A DNA stretch of 64,000 bases from an uncultured Verrucomicrobiae bacterium (GCA_963772365.1 CAVYXA010000001.1:416001-480000), one strand, 5' to 3'; positions 33,996 through 44,640 are shown, counted from the first letter of the stretch. The notes: a model not told the origin generated them from the letters alone. Program-made: numbers and translations.

Positions 33996-35001
33996 GCTCG
34001 AGTGTCGCCACCTCTTGCTTCATGTCGCGCAGTTTGACTCCCGGTGCGGCTACGCTGGGCTTGTAGAAAAAGTAAACGATCGCTCCCGGCGCAGAGCAAA
34101 ACAACATCACGAGGAAGCTGAGAGAACCGATCAATACCGCCACGGATTCCGGAACTCCGCACAATCCATTCAACATGATCTGGAAGATTTTTTCGCGAAG
34201 CCCGACTCCGGCAAAGCTAATCGGCAAGGCTGAGATCGTGCGCTCAATGGGCATGATCGCAAAAAAATCGATCACCGCGACCTGCGCACGCAATGCATAA
34301 GCGGCAAAGAGAAAAGTAGCGAACGTGGCCAGGTGAGCGATGATGGAAGCGCCTAACGCCACCGCCGTCGCCCGCCAATGATGCGCGTACAAGTGATAGG
34401 ACGCGGCGATTTCGATCAGTTTGTCGCGCCCGGGAAATTTTTGGGGCAACAGATGGAAAAGATTAAACCCGCTAATGACGAAGCTTGCAATCAATGCGGT
34501 AAGCGAGCTGCCCAGCAAAAATAACAAAATCCAGAGTAATCGGCGCGCCTCCGGGGTTTGGGCCAGCCAATGATATCGAAGCAATATCAGCGTCCCGGTA
34601 ATTGTGACCAGCGCGACGAGGCCGATCAATCGATCGAACGCCACGGCCAGCAGCGCGCCGGCTTTTTTGTCCGGGGTTTCTTTGAGCAGAAAATAACTTT
34701 TGATGATATCGCCGCCGGTTCCTCCAGGGAGAAATTGATTGTAAAACATTCCAATCAGGAACAGGCCGGACAAGCGGGAAAAACTTAAACGAATCCCTTG
34801 TACTTTAAGCAGGACGTACCATCGAACCGCTGCCGCGGCTTCCACAGTTATATACGACAAGATCGCGATCACGACCCAGCGATAACGCGCCGCTTGCAAA
34901 GCTTCGGCCATTTGGGCCCGTTTGTGCGGATCGTGATAGACCCAATAGAGAAGCCCGACCGTTACAGCCAGCTGAAGAAGTGTAAGCAGAACTTTTTTCA
35001 C
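33973..35001 (-). CDS. Lysylphosphatidylglycerol-synthase TM / flippase-like membrane protein (UPF0104)
   Basis: RW..LL, FYNQFLPGGTGGD, DRLIG, LPISFAGVGLRE. Confidence 0.85.
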   Translation of the reverse strand: MKKVLLTLLQLAVTVGLLYWVYHDPHKRAQMAEALQAARYRWVVIAILSYITVEAAAAVRWYVLLKVQGIRLSFSRLSGLFLIGMFYNQFLPGGTGGDIIKSYFLLKETPDKKAGALLAVAFDRLIGLVALVTITGTLILLRYHWLAQTPEARRLLWILLFLLGSSLTALIASFVISGFNLFHLLPQKFPGRDKLIEIAASYHLYAHHWRATAVALGASIIAHLATFATFLFAAYALRAQVAVIDFFAIMPIERTISALPISFAGVGLREKIFQIMLNGLCGVPESVAVLIGSLSFLVMLFCSAPGAIVYFFYKPSVAAPGVKLRDMKQEVATLEHEIAEKE

Positions 35002-35912
35002 GAACCGAAATGTTTCTTCCAGGCTTCGACCGAACGCCGGATCTCTTCGGTCTTCTTACGCGGGCTTATCTCCCAAACAAATGCGCAATTACGCGGTAGG
35101 AGCGGCACAAGCTTCGGAAGATCGACATCGCCAGCAAACGGCGGCTGATGATCGTGTGCGGGCCAGATGCAATCCTGTACGTGCGCACCAAAGGCGCGGG
35201 CGCCGATGGTTTTTAACCATTCTTCGTGATTCACAAACGAGAGATTCTCCTTGATCTGAATGTGTCCGAAATCATGCCAGTAACCTACTTGCGGAGAATT
35301 GAGCTCATCGAGCAGCGACGGCAATTCCCGCTCGCTCGGAATTTCCTCGTAACCGCGCCGACCTTCCAGTCCCAGCCTGACGTTTTTGCCGGCAGCATAA
35401 TCGAGGATGCGCCGAAGACAGTCCTTCACCCGCTCAAGATATCTCGGCGCGATCGATTCGCGCTTCTGGACGGCGTCGATTTTCTTGCGCACATACTTGC
35501 GCGAAAGGAGCTCGCCATTTCTCGCCAGAGCGATGAGGGAATCGGTAATCGGTTCCATGGAAACCTGACCGAGATGCATCACCACAAAAGGCGCGCCGAG
35601 CCGCTCAGCAAAATCGATGGTCTGAAAAGTGTGTTTGACCGCACGCTCGCGTTCCTGCGGATGCATCGAAGAAAATTTGTAACAATCCGGAGAAGCTCTC
35701 ATCACTTCTACGGGCAGGGGACAAAAGTTGTGCAAACTGCTGAATCGGATTTTCCCCGAGTCGAAAACTTTTTGAATCCCAGGCATGAGGGAAATCCGAA
35801 TGCCGTGTCCCAGCTCAACTACATCAAACCCAAGTTCACCCTGGATTTCGTGCAGCATTTCGTCGCCGGCCTTGTGGCGTCCGGAGTTCCAACACGTGGA
35901 GAAAGAAATCAT
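34998..35912 (-). CDS. Sugar phosphate isomerase/epimerase (xylose-isomerase-like TIM barrel)
   Basis: VELGH, LHNFCP, LGLEGR, YWHDFGH, HVQD, DHQPP, WEIS. Confidence 0.8.
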   Translation of the reverse strand: MISFSTCWNSGRHKAGDEMLHEIQGELGFDVVELGHGIRISLMPGIQKVFDSGKIRFSSLHNFCPLPVEVMRASPDCYKFSSMHPQERERAVKHTFQTIDFAERLGAPFVVMHLGQVSMEPITDSLIALARNGELLSRKYVRKKIDAVQKRESIAPRYLERVKDCLRRILDYAAGKNVRLGLEGRRGYEEIPSERELPSLLDELNSPQVGYWHDFGHIQIKENLSFVNHEEWLKTIGARAFGAHVQDCIWPAHDHQPPFAGDVDLPKLVPLLPRNCAFVWEISPRKKTEEIRRSVEAWKKHFGS

Positions 35913-35959
35913 CAGCCTAGCAAGCGAATTATGGCACGAGCACCGGCTCCGACTCGGCT

Positions 35960-37216
35960 TCAGGGTACCTTGCCACTGGTCCCGCGAGACTCACACGCTT
36001 TGCGACCAGCTCGCCCGAGAATGATGAATGCCCCAATGCCGAAAATCACTGAGGCAATGCCAAGCGAAGTCCGCATTCCGATCAGATCAGAAAGCCCGGG
36101 GACGCCGAGACCCGCGATCGGCATTAATCCGAAAAAGCTCAATCCGAATACTGCGGAGACGCGGCCACGCAGCGGCGAGGGGGCGCGCTCCTGCACGATG
36201 GTATTGGCAAGAGCGAAATTCATCGACAAGCCAAGAGCGAGAAAACCCATGCAAGTCGCGGTGAGCAGAAACCTGTGTGAAAAGGACATTCCGAAGAGCG
36301 CGATGGCGACAGCAATAGCGTTGCCAGTCATTAGTCGGAATCGGTGTTCGCGCGCGACAGTAAGAAATCCCAGCGAACCAGCGAGCGAACCCGTCCCCGA
36401 GACAGCCATCAACACTCCAAGCTTGTCCGCGCCGAGATGGAGGAGATTGCGAACGTACAAAGGCAACATGACCGAGATCACGGGAAAAACGAAGATCGTA
36501 GTTAGAGCGATGAGCATAATCATCAAAAGCATGATCCGATCCGATTTGATGTAGCGAAGACCTTCCAGCATCCCGCTTCGGCGTTGTTCTTCTTCCTCTT
36601 TCGTCCCGACTTTTCGCGGTGGAATGGAAATAATTGCGACGGCAAGGCCGATAAACGACGTGGCATTGGCAAAGAACGCAAAAGCCGCGCCCCACTTGCT
36701 CACAATCCACCCGGCCAGGGACGGCCCAATCAGACGTGCGCCATGGAAAATGGAACGGTCCATGGCGATGGCGGCGCCGATCTGCTCATGCCGCACCAGT
36801 TCGGGAACAAACGCAGAGATGGCCGGCATCTCAAAAGCGATGCAAACCCCCAGCAAAAAGGCCATGGCCATGACATGCCAGATTTCGATGCGTTGAGTTA
36901 ACACCAGCCAACCGAGAGCCACGGCTAGAATCATCTGCCAAATTTGCGTAGCGATCAGGATCATCCGTTTGTCGTAGCGATCCGCTACCGCGCCTCCGTG
37001 CATGGTCAGCAACAGTGTGGGAATTCCGGCAAAGAGATTCACCAGGCCGAGTAAAATCGCTTTGTTCGTGAGCGTGCTCATCACCCATGCCTGCGCCATG
37101 ACTTGCATCCACGTTCCAGTGTCGGAAATCAGCGAGCCGATAATATAACGGCGGAATGGGCCGGCGCGCAGCAGTTCCAGCGCCTGTCCCCCGAATGGTG
37201 TAGTTCCCTCTCGCAT
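35960..37216 (-). CDS. MFS transporter (H+ antiporter-like)
   Basis: GTWMQVMAQAW, GAVADRYDKR, ARLIGP, LRGRVSA. Confidence 0.9.
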   Translation of the reverse strand: MREGTTPFGGQALELLRAGPFRRYIIGSLISDTGTWMQVMAQAWVMSTLTNKAILLGLVNLFAGIPTLLLTMHGGAVADRYDKRMILIATQIWQMILAVALGWLVLTQRIEIWHVMAMAFLLGVCIAFEMPAISAFVPELVRHEQIGAAIAMDRSIFHGARLIGPSLAGWIVSKWGAAFAFFANATSFIGLAVAIISIPPRKVGTKEEEEQRRSGMLEGLRYIKSDRIMLLMIMLIALTTIFVFPVISVMLPLYVRNLLHLGADKLGVLMAVSGTGSLAGSLGFLTVAREHRFRLMTGNAIAVAIALFGMSFSHRFLLTATCMGFLALGLSMNFALANTIVQERAPSPLRGRVSAVFGLSFFGLMPIAGLGVPGLSDLIGMRTSLGIASVIFGIGAFIILGRAGRKACESRGTSGKVP

Positions 37217-37317
37217 GGGAAAGACTCATCGTTGTAGAGACGGTTGTGTCAACCGCCTGATCAAATCGGCGGATCTCCAGGCAATTGAATGGGACGTGGC
37301 GTTGTATAGGTTGAGGC

Positions 37318-39891
37318 ATGCGGATTGATAAGTTCACCCAGAAGATGCAGGAAGCGCTGCAGGCCGCTCAGGATCTCGCGTCCAATTCCAACCACCAGGA
37401 ACTTACAAATGAACACTTCCTGTTGGCGCTTCTCGATCAGTCTAATGGCATCACCCAGCCGTTGCTGGAGAAAATCGGCGTTCCGCCGAATCAGCTTCGG
37501 GATCGTTTGTTAACCGAATTGAATCGGAAACCGAAAGTCACCGGCTCGACTGTCGATCTCCGCCTTTCCAATGAATTGCGCACTGTGCTCGATAGCGCGG
37601 AAAAGGAGATGTCGAAGCTGAAGGACGAATTCACCAGCGCCGAACATTATCTGCTCGCGCTAACCGGTGCGAACGTCCCCGCGGGGAAGTTGCTCAAAGA
37701 TTTCGGTGTCACGCGCGAAAAGTTGATGCAAGCCTTGCAGCAGGTGCGTGGCTCGCAACGAGTGACCGATCAAAATCCAGAAGGTAAATATCAGACGCTC
37801 GAGAAATACGGACGCGATCTCACCGAACTGGCACGTCGGGGGAAAATCGATCCCGTTATCGGCCGCGACAACGAGATTCGGCGAATCATGCAAGTGCTCT
37901 CGCGTCGCACAAAAAATAATCCGGTGTTGATCGGAGATCCGGGAGTCGGCAAGACCGCAATTGTCGAAGGTCTGGCCCGGAGAATTATTTCCGGCGACGT
38001 GCCCGAGTCGTTAAAGAACAAGCTCCTGATCGCGATGGATATTGGCGCGATGGTAGCCGGTGCAAAATTTCGGGGAGAGTTTGAAGATCGGCTCAAGGCG
38101 TTTTTGAAAGAGGTAACAGATTCGCAAGGTCAGATCATTCTATTCATCGACGAGCTGCACACAATCGTCGGCGCTGGCGCGGCGGAAGGATCGGTCGATG
38201 CGTCCAGCATGTTAAAACCGATGCTCGCGCGTGGCGAGCTGCGCACAATCGGCGCGACTACGATCGATGAGTATCGCAAATACATCGAGAAGGACGCCGC
38301 TCTCGAACGGCGGTTTCAGCCCGTGATGGTGGATGAACCAACGGTCGAGGACACGATCGCGATCCTGCGCGGCTTGAAAGAACGTTACGAGGTGCATCAT
38401 GGTGTGCGGATCACTGACGCGGCACTTGTCGCGGCCGCGGTTCTCTCGCATCGCTACATCAGCGATCGTTTCTTGCCTGACAAAGCGATTGACCTTGTCG
38501 ATGAAGCGGCCTCGCGTTTGAAGATCGAGCTGGATTCGATGCCGACCGAGATCGACGTAATCGAGCGCGAGATCATGCAGCACGAGATGGAACGTCAGGC
38601 GCTCAAGAAGGAAAAAGATCCAGCCAGCGAGGAACGTTTAAAAAAGCTCGAAAGAGAATTGGCCGAGCTGAAAGAAAAATCCGGCGCGCTGAAAGCGGAA
38701 TGGCAAAAGGAGAAGGCGCTTATCGATGAACAACGAAAATGGAAAGAAGAGTTGGATCGTCTCCGTACGGAACTGGAACGCGCGCAGCGTCGCGGTGAGT
38801 TGGCTAAGGCGAGCGAAATTCAATACGGGCGAATTCCTGAACTGGAAAGAAACCTTGCCGAAGCAGCGGCGAAAGAGAAGGGTCGAAAATCAACTTTGCT
38901 GCGTGAAGAAGTCACCGAGGAGGACATTGCCGAAGTTGTTTCCAGCTGGACGCATATTCCGGTGTCGCGTTTGCAGGAGGGCGAGCGCGAGAAATTGGTA
39001 AAACTCGAGGAACATTTGCATCAGCGAGTCGTTGGGCAGGAGGAAGCCATCAAAGCCGTTTCCAATGCCGTTCGCCGTGCCCGGGCCGGTTTGCAGGATC
39101 CGAATCGTCCACTTGGCTCGTTCATTTTCCTCGGGCCGACCGGTGTTGGCAAAACTGAGCTTTCGCGCGCGCTCGCGGAATTTTTGTTCGACGACGAAAA
39201 CGCAATGATCCGGATCGACATGAGCGAATACATGGAGAAACACACCGTCGCGCGATTAATCGGTGCGCCGCCGGGTTATGTCGGATACGAAGAGGGCGGT
39301 CAGCTTTCTGAATCCGTCCGACGCAAGCCGTATTCGGTCGTGCTGTTCGACGAGATCGAAAAGGCGCACCAGGACGTGTTCAACGTGCTTTTGCAAGTCC
39401 TCGACGACGGGCGGATCACGGATGGGCAGGGGAGAACGGTCGATTTCAAAAACACGGTCATTATCATGACTTCGAATATCGGTTCGCAATTCATCACCGA
39501 GGAAACGCAATCGCGCGAAGCGCGAGAACGCCTGGTCATGGACGCGTTGCGCGGACATTTCCGACCCGAGTTTCTCAACCGTGTTGACGAGATCATCATC
39601 TTCGATCGATTGAGCGAAAATGATTTGAAGAAAATCGTGGAGATCCAATTGCGACGATTGTCGAAACGTCTCGAGCAACAAAAAATCACGCTCGATCTAT
39701 CCGATTCCGCGAAGGAACTGCTCGCTCGCGAAGGGTACGACCCCGTTTACGGTGCACGTCCGCTCCGCCGCACGATTCAAAAACAAATTCTCGACCCGCT
39801 TAGCATCGACATCCTCGAAGGCAAAGTCCGCGAAGGCCAAACCGTCAAAATCGAGGCCAGAGACGGCGCGCTCGAGTTTGAAGAGAAATGA
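37318..39891 (+). CDS. clpB: ATP-dependent chaperone ClpB
   Basis: Two AAA+ domains ([16 protein letters not shown]), long coiled-coil middle domain, [11 protein letters not shown]. Confidence 0.97.
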   Translation: MRIDKFTQKMQEALQAAQDLASNSNHQELTNEHFLLALLDQSNGITQPLLEKIGVPPNQLRDRLLTELNRKPKVTGSTVDLRLSNELRTVLDSAEKEMSKLKDEFTSAEHYLLALTGANVPAGKLLKDFGVTREKLMQALQQVRGSQRVTDQNPEGKYQTLEKYGRDLTELARRGKIDPVIGRDNEIRRIMQVLSRRTKNNPVLIGDPGVGKTAIVEGLARRIISGDVPESLKNKLLIAMDIGAMVAGAKFRGEFEDRLKAFLKEVTDSQGQIILFIDELHTIVGAGAAEGSVDASSMLKPMLARGELRTIGATTIDEYRKYIEKDAALERRFQPVMVDEPTVEDTIAILRGLKERYEVHHGVRITDAALVAAAVLSHRYISDRFLPDKAIDLVDEAASRLKIELDSMPTEIDVIEREIMQHEMERQALKKEKDPASEERLKKLERELAELKEKSGALKAEWQKEKALIDEQRKWKEELDRLRTELERAQRRGELAKASEIQYGRIPELERNLAEAAAKEKGRKSTLLREEVTEEDIAEVVSSWTHIPVSRLQEGEREKLVKLEEHLHQRVVGQEEAIKAVSNAVRRARAGLQDPNRPLGSFIFLGPTGVGKTELSRALAEFLFDDENAMIRIDMSEYMEKHTVARLIGAPPGYVGYEEGGQLSESVRRKPYSVVLFDEIEKAHQDVFNVLLQVLDDGRITDGQGRTVDFKNTVIIMTSNIGSQFITEETQSREARERLVMDALRGHFRPEFLNRVDEIIIFDRLSENDLKKIVEIQLRRLSKRLEQQKITLDLSDSAKELLAREGYDPVYGARPLRRTIQKQILDPLSIDILEGKVREGQTVKIEARDGALEFEEK

Positions 39892-40092
39892 TTAGTGATC
39901 GTCAGTTGGTGAAGTCGCAAATCGAATTGCGCTTGCGGCGTTTTGCTTAACAAACTCGCTTGTAGCTCGCGTTCCATCACGTCCTGGCTTGTTTCAGTGC
40001 GATCAGGAAGGACGCCATTCCAGAGCGTTTTAGAAAGGCGGTTGCTTCCGCAGCCAGTTGCAGCTCCGTACGAGTTGAGTCACATTTTGCCG

Positions 40093-40353
40093 ATGGTTAA
40101 ACCGACAAATGTAGAGCCACTGAGTGGTTATCGATTGCGCCTGACCTACGCGGACGGTGTCCAGGGAATAATCGATCTTTCCGATCAAGTGGGGCGCGGT
40201 GTTTTTAAGCCACTAAAGAACGAGAACGAATTTCGAAAAGTGCGGATCGGAGATTACGGTCAGATTGCATGGTCGGATGACTTAGATATTTGCTCGGACG
40301 CCGCTTATCTTGAAATAACCGGTAAGATTCCAGCTCGCAGCAAGAATGGCTGA
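40093..40353 (+). CDS. DUF2442-domain protein (antitoxin-like)
   Basis: VEPLSGYRLRLTYADG...GVFKPL...F..V.I...QIAWSDDLDICSDAAY. Confidence 0.8.
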   Translation: MVKPTNVEPLSGYRLRLTYADGVQGIIDLSDQVGRGVFKPLKNENEFRKVRIGDYGQIAWSDDLDICSDAAYLEITGKIPARSKNG

Positions 40354-40601
40354 GGTTTGCCGTTTCTACGGCATCATCATTCGGTTTTATTACCGTGAGC
40401 ATCCGCCGAGGCATTTCCATGCAATCTATGGCGAGCACGAAGCGCTGATTGAAATCGAAACGAGATCTACGAAGGGTGGCTTCCGCGTACCGCATACGAC
40501 CTCGTCAACACTTGGCGGCTAATTCATCTGCAAGAACTTCGCGCGAATTGGGACCGCGCGCGTCAACAAGAGCCAGTTTTGCCATCGACCCGTTGGAATA
40601 A
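40346..40601 (+). pseudogene. DUF4160-domain protein (toxin-like), two frameshifts
   Basis: MAEVCRFYGIIIRFYYREHPPRHFHAIYGEHEALIEIET / EIYEGWLPRTAYDLVNTWRLIHLQELRANWDRAR / IDPLE*. Not in the ORF track. Confidence 0.8.
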
Positions 40602-40603
40602 GG

Positions 40604-41725
40604 TCAAGCCATCGCTTGCTTGAACGCGGAAACAAATGCTTCCATTTCCGACTTCTTGCCGATGGTGAGCCGCATGTGATTTGGCATGGCGGGGAATAAG
40701 CGGCCGACGGCCACATTTTTGTCTTTCATCGCTTTGATGATCGGCACGACCGGTTTCTTGCAATCGAACATGATGAAATTGGCTTGCGATGGGATCGTGT
40801 CGTAGCGGAGTTTCTCGAGTTCCGTAACTGTGAACTTTTTCGCTTCGTTGTTCAGCTTTCGACCATTGGAAACTTGATCGACATCATCCAGGCTCGCGCT
40901 CGCTGCGGCGAGCGCCATCACATTGACGCTGTCCCACATTTGGAATGGCCGCATACGCTTGATCGTTTCCGGTTGGGCGACTCCGTAACCGCAGCGCAAG
41001 CCGGCCATGCCATAAACTTTCGAGAACGTTCGGGCCACGATCAGGTTCGGATGATCTTTCACCAGCGGGATCACACTCTCGTAATCCGGACTGTCGGCGT
41101 AATGGAAATACGCTTCGTCCACCAGGATCATCGTTTCGGGGGACGTTTTTTCGAGGAAGGCGCGCAGATCATTTTTCGGTGTAACGCTTGCGGTCGGATT
41201 GTTTGGATTACAAACGTAAATCAACCCTTTCTGAGCCGCGGCGCTCATTTTCTCGAGATCGTGAGCGTAATTGCTGGTAAGCGGAATCTTCACCACATCG
41301 GCACCGCAGCCCTTCGAATATTCGAGCAGCGCTTCGAACGTCGGATCGGCCGCAATGAGTTTGCGTTGTGTCGGGCCGGTAAATGCTTCGGCGCAGAGTT
41401 TCAAGATTTCGCTGGAACCGTCACCGAGAACAATTTGGTCATGACTGACGCCATTCAGCTTGGCCAGTTTGTCGATCAAGACGTCGTTTGCTTCATCGGG
41501 ATAACGGCAACAAAGATCGAAGGAGCTCGTCATCGCTTTGTGCGCCATTGGGGAAGGACCGTACGGATTCTCGTTCGCACTCAAACGCACCACTCCCGTT
41601 GCAGCGCTTTTGGAAACGGACGCTACCTGTTTGGCCAGCGAAATTGTGGGCTTAAGAGCGCCAAGCGCTGCGCCGGCACCGAGTAATTGAGCAAATTTCC
41701 GTCGCGAAATGGCAGTCGTATTCAT
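40604..41725 (-). CDS. Tat-exported PLP-dependent aminotransferase (HisC-like, class I/II)
   Basis: SRRKF Tat motif; ANENPYGPS, NPNNPT, VDEAY, RTFSKVYGMAGLRCG. Confidence 0.88.
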   Translation of the reverse strand: MNTTAISRRKFAQLLGAGAALGALKPTISLAKQVASVSKSAATGVVRLSANENPYGPSPMAHKAMTSSFDLCCRYPDEANDVLIDKLAKLNGVSHDQIVLGDGSSEILKLCAEAFTGPTQRKLIAADPTFEALLEYSKGCGADVVKIPLTSNYAHDLEKMSAAAQKGLIYVCNPNNPTASVTPKNDLRAFLEKTSPETMILVDEAYFHYADSPDYESVIPLVKDHPNLIVARTFSKVYGMAGLRCGYGVAQPETIKRMRPFQMWDSVNVMALAAASASLDDVDQVSNGRKLNNEAKKFTVTELEKLRYDTIPSQANFIMFDCKKPVVPIIKAMKDKNVAVGRLFPAMPNHMRLTIGKKSEMEAFVSAFKQAMA

Positions 41726-41774
41726 GGTGCTGTGATACGCCGTTTCCGTCGCGAAGGCGAGATTGAATATTCAA

Positions 41775-41850
41775 CTGAAGTCAGGCAGCCTGGCGATTCT
41801 CAGCAGGCTGGAAGCCTGTCAGCCGAGTCAGGCAGACTGCTGACTTCCAG
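41775..41850. repeat. Inverted-repeat element overlapping the radical SAM gene stop
   Basis: ctgaagtcaggcagcctgg ... caggctggaagcctg ... tcaggcagactgctgacttccag. Confidence 0.55.
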
Positions 41851-42801
41851 AATGGCGCCGCCGCAGCTTGAACCGGCACCGGCGGTGCAGCCGAAACAAT
41901 GATCGCCGGTCATGATCGCGCGATTGTCGATCTTGTCCGGGTCGATGTCCCACAGAAACAGGCGTCGGCCATTTTCCCATTGCATCCCGAGCTGCTGATT
42001 GAAATCGCAATCATAAACTTCGCCGCGCCAACCGACGCTAATCGTATTTCGGCACATCAACCCATCGATTGTCGCCGGATTAAAATTATCGATCAACAAC
42101 TGCATGTATTCGTCGAGCTTGTTGTTGCGCCGCAAATACGCCGCGAATCGGGCAATCGGCAGGTTCGTGATGCTGTAGAGCTTGTTGAATACAATTCCAA
42201 AATGCGTCTTGAGCTCGCGCTTGTAATCGGCTTCGAGTTCGGCTTGTGGACCGGGTAAGAATGCGCCCACCGGGTTGTAAACGAGATGCAATGGAAGATC
42301 GACATCGATTCCGTAGCCCAGCGAATTCAGAAGCTGTAGAGCTTCGATGCTACCGTCGAACACTCCTTCGCCCCGCTGCGCGTTGACATTTTCCGCCGTG
42401 TAACAAGGCATTGAAGCGATGATCTCGACTTCGTTTCGGGCGAGAAACTCGGCCAGATCTTCGTAGTCCGGCTCCAGCAAAATCGTCAGGTTGCACCGAT
42501 CGATAATGTGCCGCTTGGGAGTGAGTCCTCGGATGCGTTCGATGAAATATCGAAAATCAGGAATCATCTCCGGCGCGCCGCCGGTAAGATCGACAGTCGG
42601 AATTTTGGTCGTGGCCAGCGAATCGATCACGCGGTCGATTGTGTCCCGCGACATAATCTCTTTGCGCTTCGGCCCGGCATTCACGTGGCAATGATTGCAG
42701 GTGAGATTGCAGAGTTTCCCCACATTGACCTGAAGAATCTCGGGTCGGCCGCGGCGCAGAGAAACCGAATGCTCTTCGAGCTTTTGGGCGAATCGGTTCA
42801 T
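41800..42801 (-). CDS. Radical SAM protein, ArsS / Cys-rich C-terminal domain family
   Basis: CNLTCNHC, DLTGGAPE, ASMPCY, MCRNTISV, DCDFN, HCFGCTAGAGSSCGG. Confidence 0.88.
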   Translation of the reverse strand: MNRFAQKLEEHSVSLRRGRPEILQVNVGKLCNLTCNHCHVNAGPKRKEIMSRDTIDRVIDSLATTKIPTVDLTGGAPEMIPDFRYFIERIRGLTPKRHIIDRCNLTILLEPDYEDLAEFLARNEVEIIASMPCYTAENVNAQRGEGVFDGSIEALQLLNSLGYGIDVDLPLHLVYNPVGAFLPGPQAELEADYKRELKTHFGIVFNKLYSITNLPIARFAAYLRRNNKLDEYMQLLIDNFNPATIDGLMCRNTISVGWRGEVYDCDFNQQLGMQWENGRRLFLWDIDPDKIDNRAIMTGDHCFGCTAGAGSSCGGAILEVSSLPDSADRLPAC

Positions 42802-42890
42802 GTTTGTTCCATCCGGATGCTGCGCCGAATCCGTTAATCAAGCATGGCCGATCTATTCTCGTCAGGCAACCGGCGATCGTTGGTGATTCT

Positions 42891-43346
42891 ATGAACTGGC
42901 TGCAATCTTTGTTCCTTTATCTGCGCGAGTGGGAATGGATTGGAATTCTAATAGCTCGGGTTGCGGTCGGGTTGCTGTTTTTCCTTTCCGGTCGCGGCAA
43001 GCTTTTTGTTGCCGAACGGCGTGAGCAAATGCGGCAAACACTCGTGGAGGCGCATGTTCCGGTTCCGGCTTTCAATGCGATTTTTGTTTCGACGGTCGAG
43101 TTCGTGTTCGGCTTCTGTCTCCTTATCGGATTCCTGACGCCGCTCGCCTCCGCGATGCTTTGCGGCGTGATGGTTGTCGCCATCCTCACGACCGCGATCA
43201 AAAGGATCGAAACCAGCTCGCCCCTCGCGTGGATTGCCGAATTTCTTTATCTGCCCGAGGTGCTTTATCTCGTGATTCTCTGCTGGCTCTTTCTTTCCGG
43301 TCCTGGATGGGTCAGCGTGGATCGTTGGACACTTTCCCGCGCATGA
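42891..43346 (+). CDS. DoxX family membrane protein
   Basis: ARVAVGLLFFLSGRGKL...VEFVFG..LLIGFLTP...GPGWVSVD. Confidence 0.85.
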   Translation: MNWLQSLFLYLREWEWIGILIARVAVGLLFFLSGRGKLFVAERREQMRQTLVEAHVPVPAFNAIFVSTVEFVFGFCLLIGFLTPLASAMLCGVMVVAILTTAIKRIETSSPLAWIAEFLYLPEVLYLVILCWLFLSGPGWVSVDRWTLSRA

Positions 43347-43846
43347 ATCCGGAGCAACTCAGTCGCGAGCTCCGCCATGGCAGCGGCAATTTTCTAGAAG
43401 AACGTCGCGGAATCATCGGGGCATCTCTGGTCGCAATCGGTTGCATGGGTTTGATCGTGCTTTATCAAATGGGCATCATCAAACATCTGCCTGAACCGGA
43501 CCTGCCTGGATTTGATGCTGAGAAGGTGGATGGTTCCGGGCAGGCCTACAGCTATTTCGAAACGCCCGACGCGGCGATCGGCATTGGCAATTATGCCGTT
43601 ACCCTCGGACTCGCAGCCATGGGCGGAAGGAACCGAGCGAAGACGCAGCCATGGACTCCGTTGGCACTGGCCGCGAAAACGACTGTCGATGCTGCCCAGG
43701 CTTCGAAGCTCACTTACGACCAATTTGCCCGACATAAAGCTGCTTGCGTGTGGTGCTTGCTCGCCGCGGTGGCGACATTCGTTAGCGCCGCGCTCGCGAT
43801 TCCCGAAGCCAAGACCGCATTACGCGAATTACAGAGACACATTTAG
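43343..43846 (+). CDS. Vitamin K epoxide reductase (VKOR) family protein
   Basis: TM helices, V-x-x-S-x-x-A...PD motif, CVWC redox motif near the C-terminus. Confidence 0.75.
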   Translation: MNPEQLSRELRHGSGNFLEERRGIIGASLVAIGCMGLIVLYQMGIIKHLPEPDLPGFDAEKVDGSGQAYSYFETPDAAIGIGNYAVTLGLAAMGGRNRAKTQPWTPLALAAKTTVDAAQASKLTYDQFARHKAACVWCLLAAVATFVSAALAIPEAKTALRELQRHI

Positions 43847-43872
43847 GTTTAGGGAAAGCCGGGTAGGAGGTC

Positions 43873-44202
43873 GTGAACGAACTAAGAGGAAAGGGCGGTG
43901 TAGAATTAAACAGAATGTCGGGCCCGCAGGGACAAGTGTTCCGGATTGCCATCGGCTGTGCTGCTGTGACCGGTGCCGCGCTGCTGCCCAAGCTGGGCGG
44001 ATGGCGTTGGGTGCTGGGCGCATGGGGCATGGCGAACATTCTCACAGCGGCAACGCGCTACTGCCCGAGCAATCAGTTGACGGGCATCGACAATACCCGA
44101 GGCAATAAATTCGTCCACTTGGATGAATCGTTGCACGACATCCGCGGTCGCGTCGGGCACCGGCTCAACGAATTTCAGCAGCGGATCGGCACCACGAAGT
44201 GA
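43873..44202 (+). CDS. DUF2892 (YgaP-like) membrane protein
   Basis: AGGAGG SD; FRIAIG...LTAATRYCPSNQLTGID. Confidence 0.7.
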   Translation: MNELRGKGGVELNRMSGPQGQVFRIAIGCAAVTGAALLPKLGGWRWVLGAWGMANILTAATRYCPSNQLTGIDNTRGNKFVHLDESLHDIRGRVGHRLNEFQQRIGTTK

Positions 44203-44255
44203 CGTCCGATTAGCGGTGGCCTTGCCGAGGAGTTGGGATCCCGGATCGCCGGCGT

Positions 44256-44640
44256 TTATTTCGGGCTCAGTTTGCCCAGTGCAAACGCTCCCAACGCCAG
44301 GCCGAGATCGCGCAAAGCTATGTCATAGTAGCCGGGAATGGTGAGTAGATTAATGATAATCAGCAACAGCCAGATCGCGACGATGTAGGCAAAAATCCGT
44401 GGCTTAACAAAGACACCGATGCCGGCGACAATCTCCACAATGCCGACGAACATCATAAACTGGTGGCCGTGACCGGCGAGCACATTGTTCGCGACCGGGG
44501 AGAGGTATTGGTCCCAATCCACTAGAATGATGAAAAAACTTATCGAGGCCGGCAAGAATCGGCGCCACGGTAAATCCGAAGCGCAGAATCTGAAATGCCT
44601 GATTTCCTGCAGGGGCTGAATTTTCAATTGAGTTTGTCAT
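44256..44640 (-). CDS. DoxX-like small membrane protein (frameshift near 44530)
   Basis: QAFQILRFGFTVAPILAGLDKFFH / LVDWDQYLSP...VGIVEIVAG...YYDIALRDLGL. Confidence 0.7.

Noticed and set aside
35226..36554. 442-aa + strand ORF
   Set aside because: Antisense shadow of the MFS and TIM-barrel genes; no recognisable motifs.
37217..37317. CIRCE or CtsR heat-shock operator upstream of clpB
   Set aside because: No TTAGCACTC-N9-GAGTGCTAA or GTCAAA direct repeats visible.
39943..40092. N-terminal extension of the DUF2442 ORF, and similar extensions on the NtrC-like gene, khpA, trmD, acpS, the dehydratase, Mut7-C and the mutase
   Set aside because: Family homology begins at downstream starts; the extensions run through repeats or neighbouring genes.
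41850..41900. Selenocysteine in the radical SAM Cys-rich tail
   Set aside because: No in-frame TGA; the motif reads CFGCTAGAGSSC.
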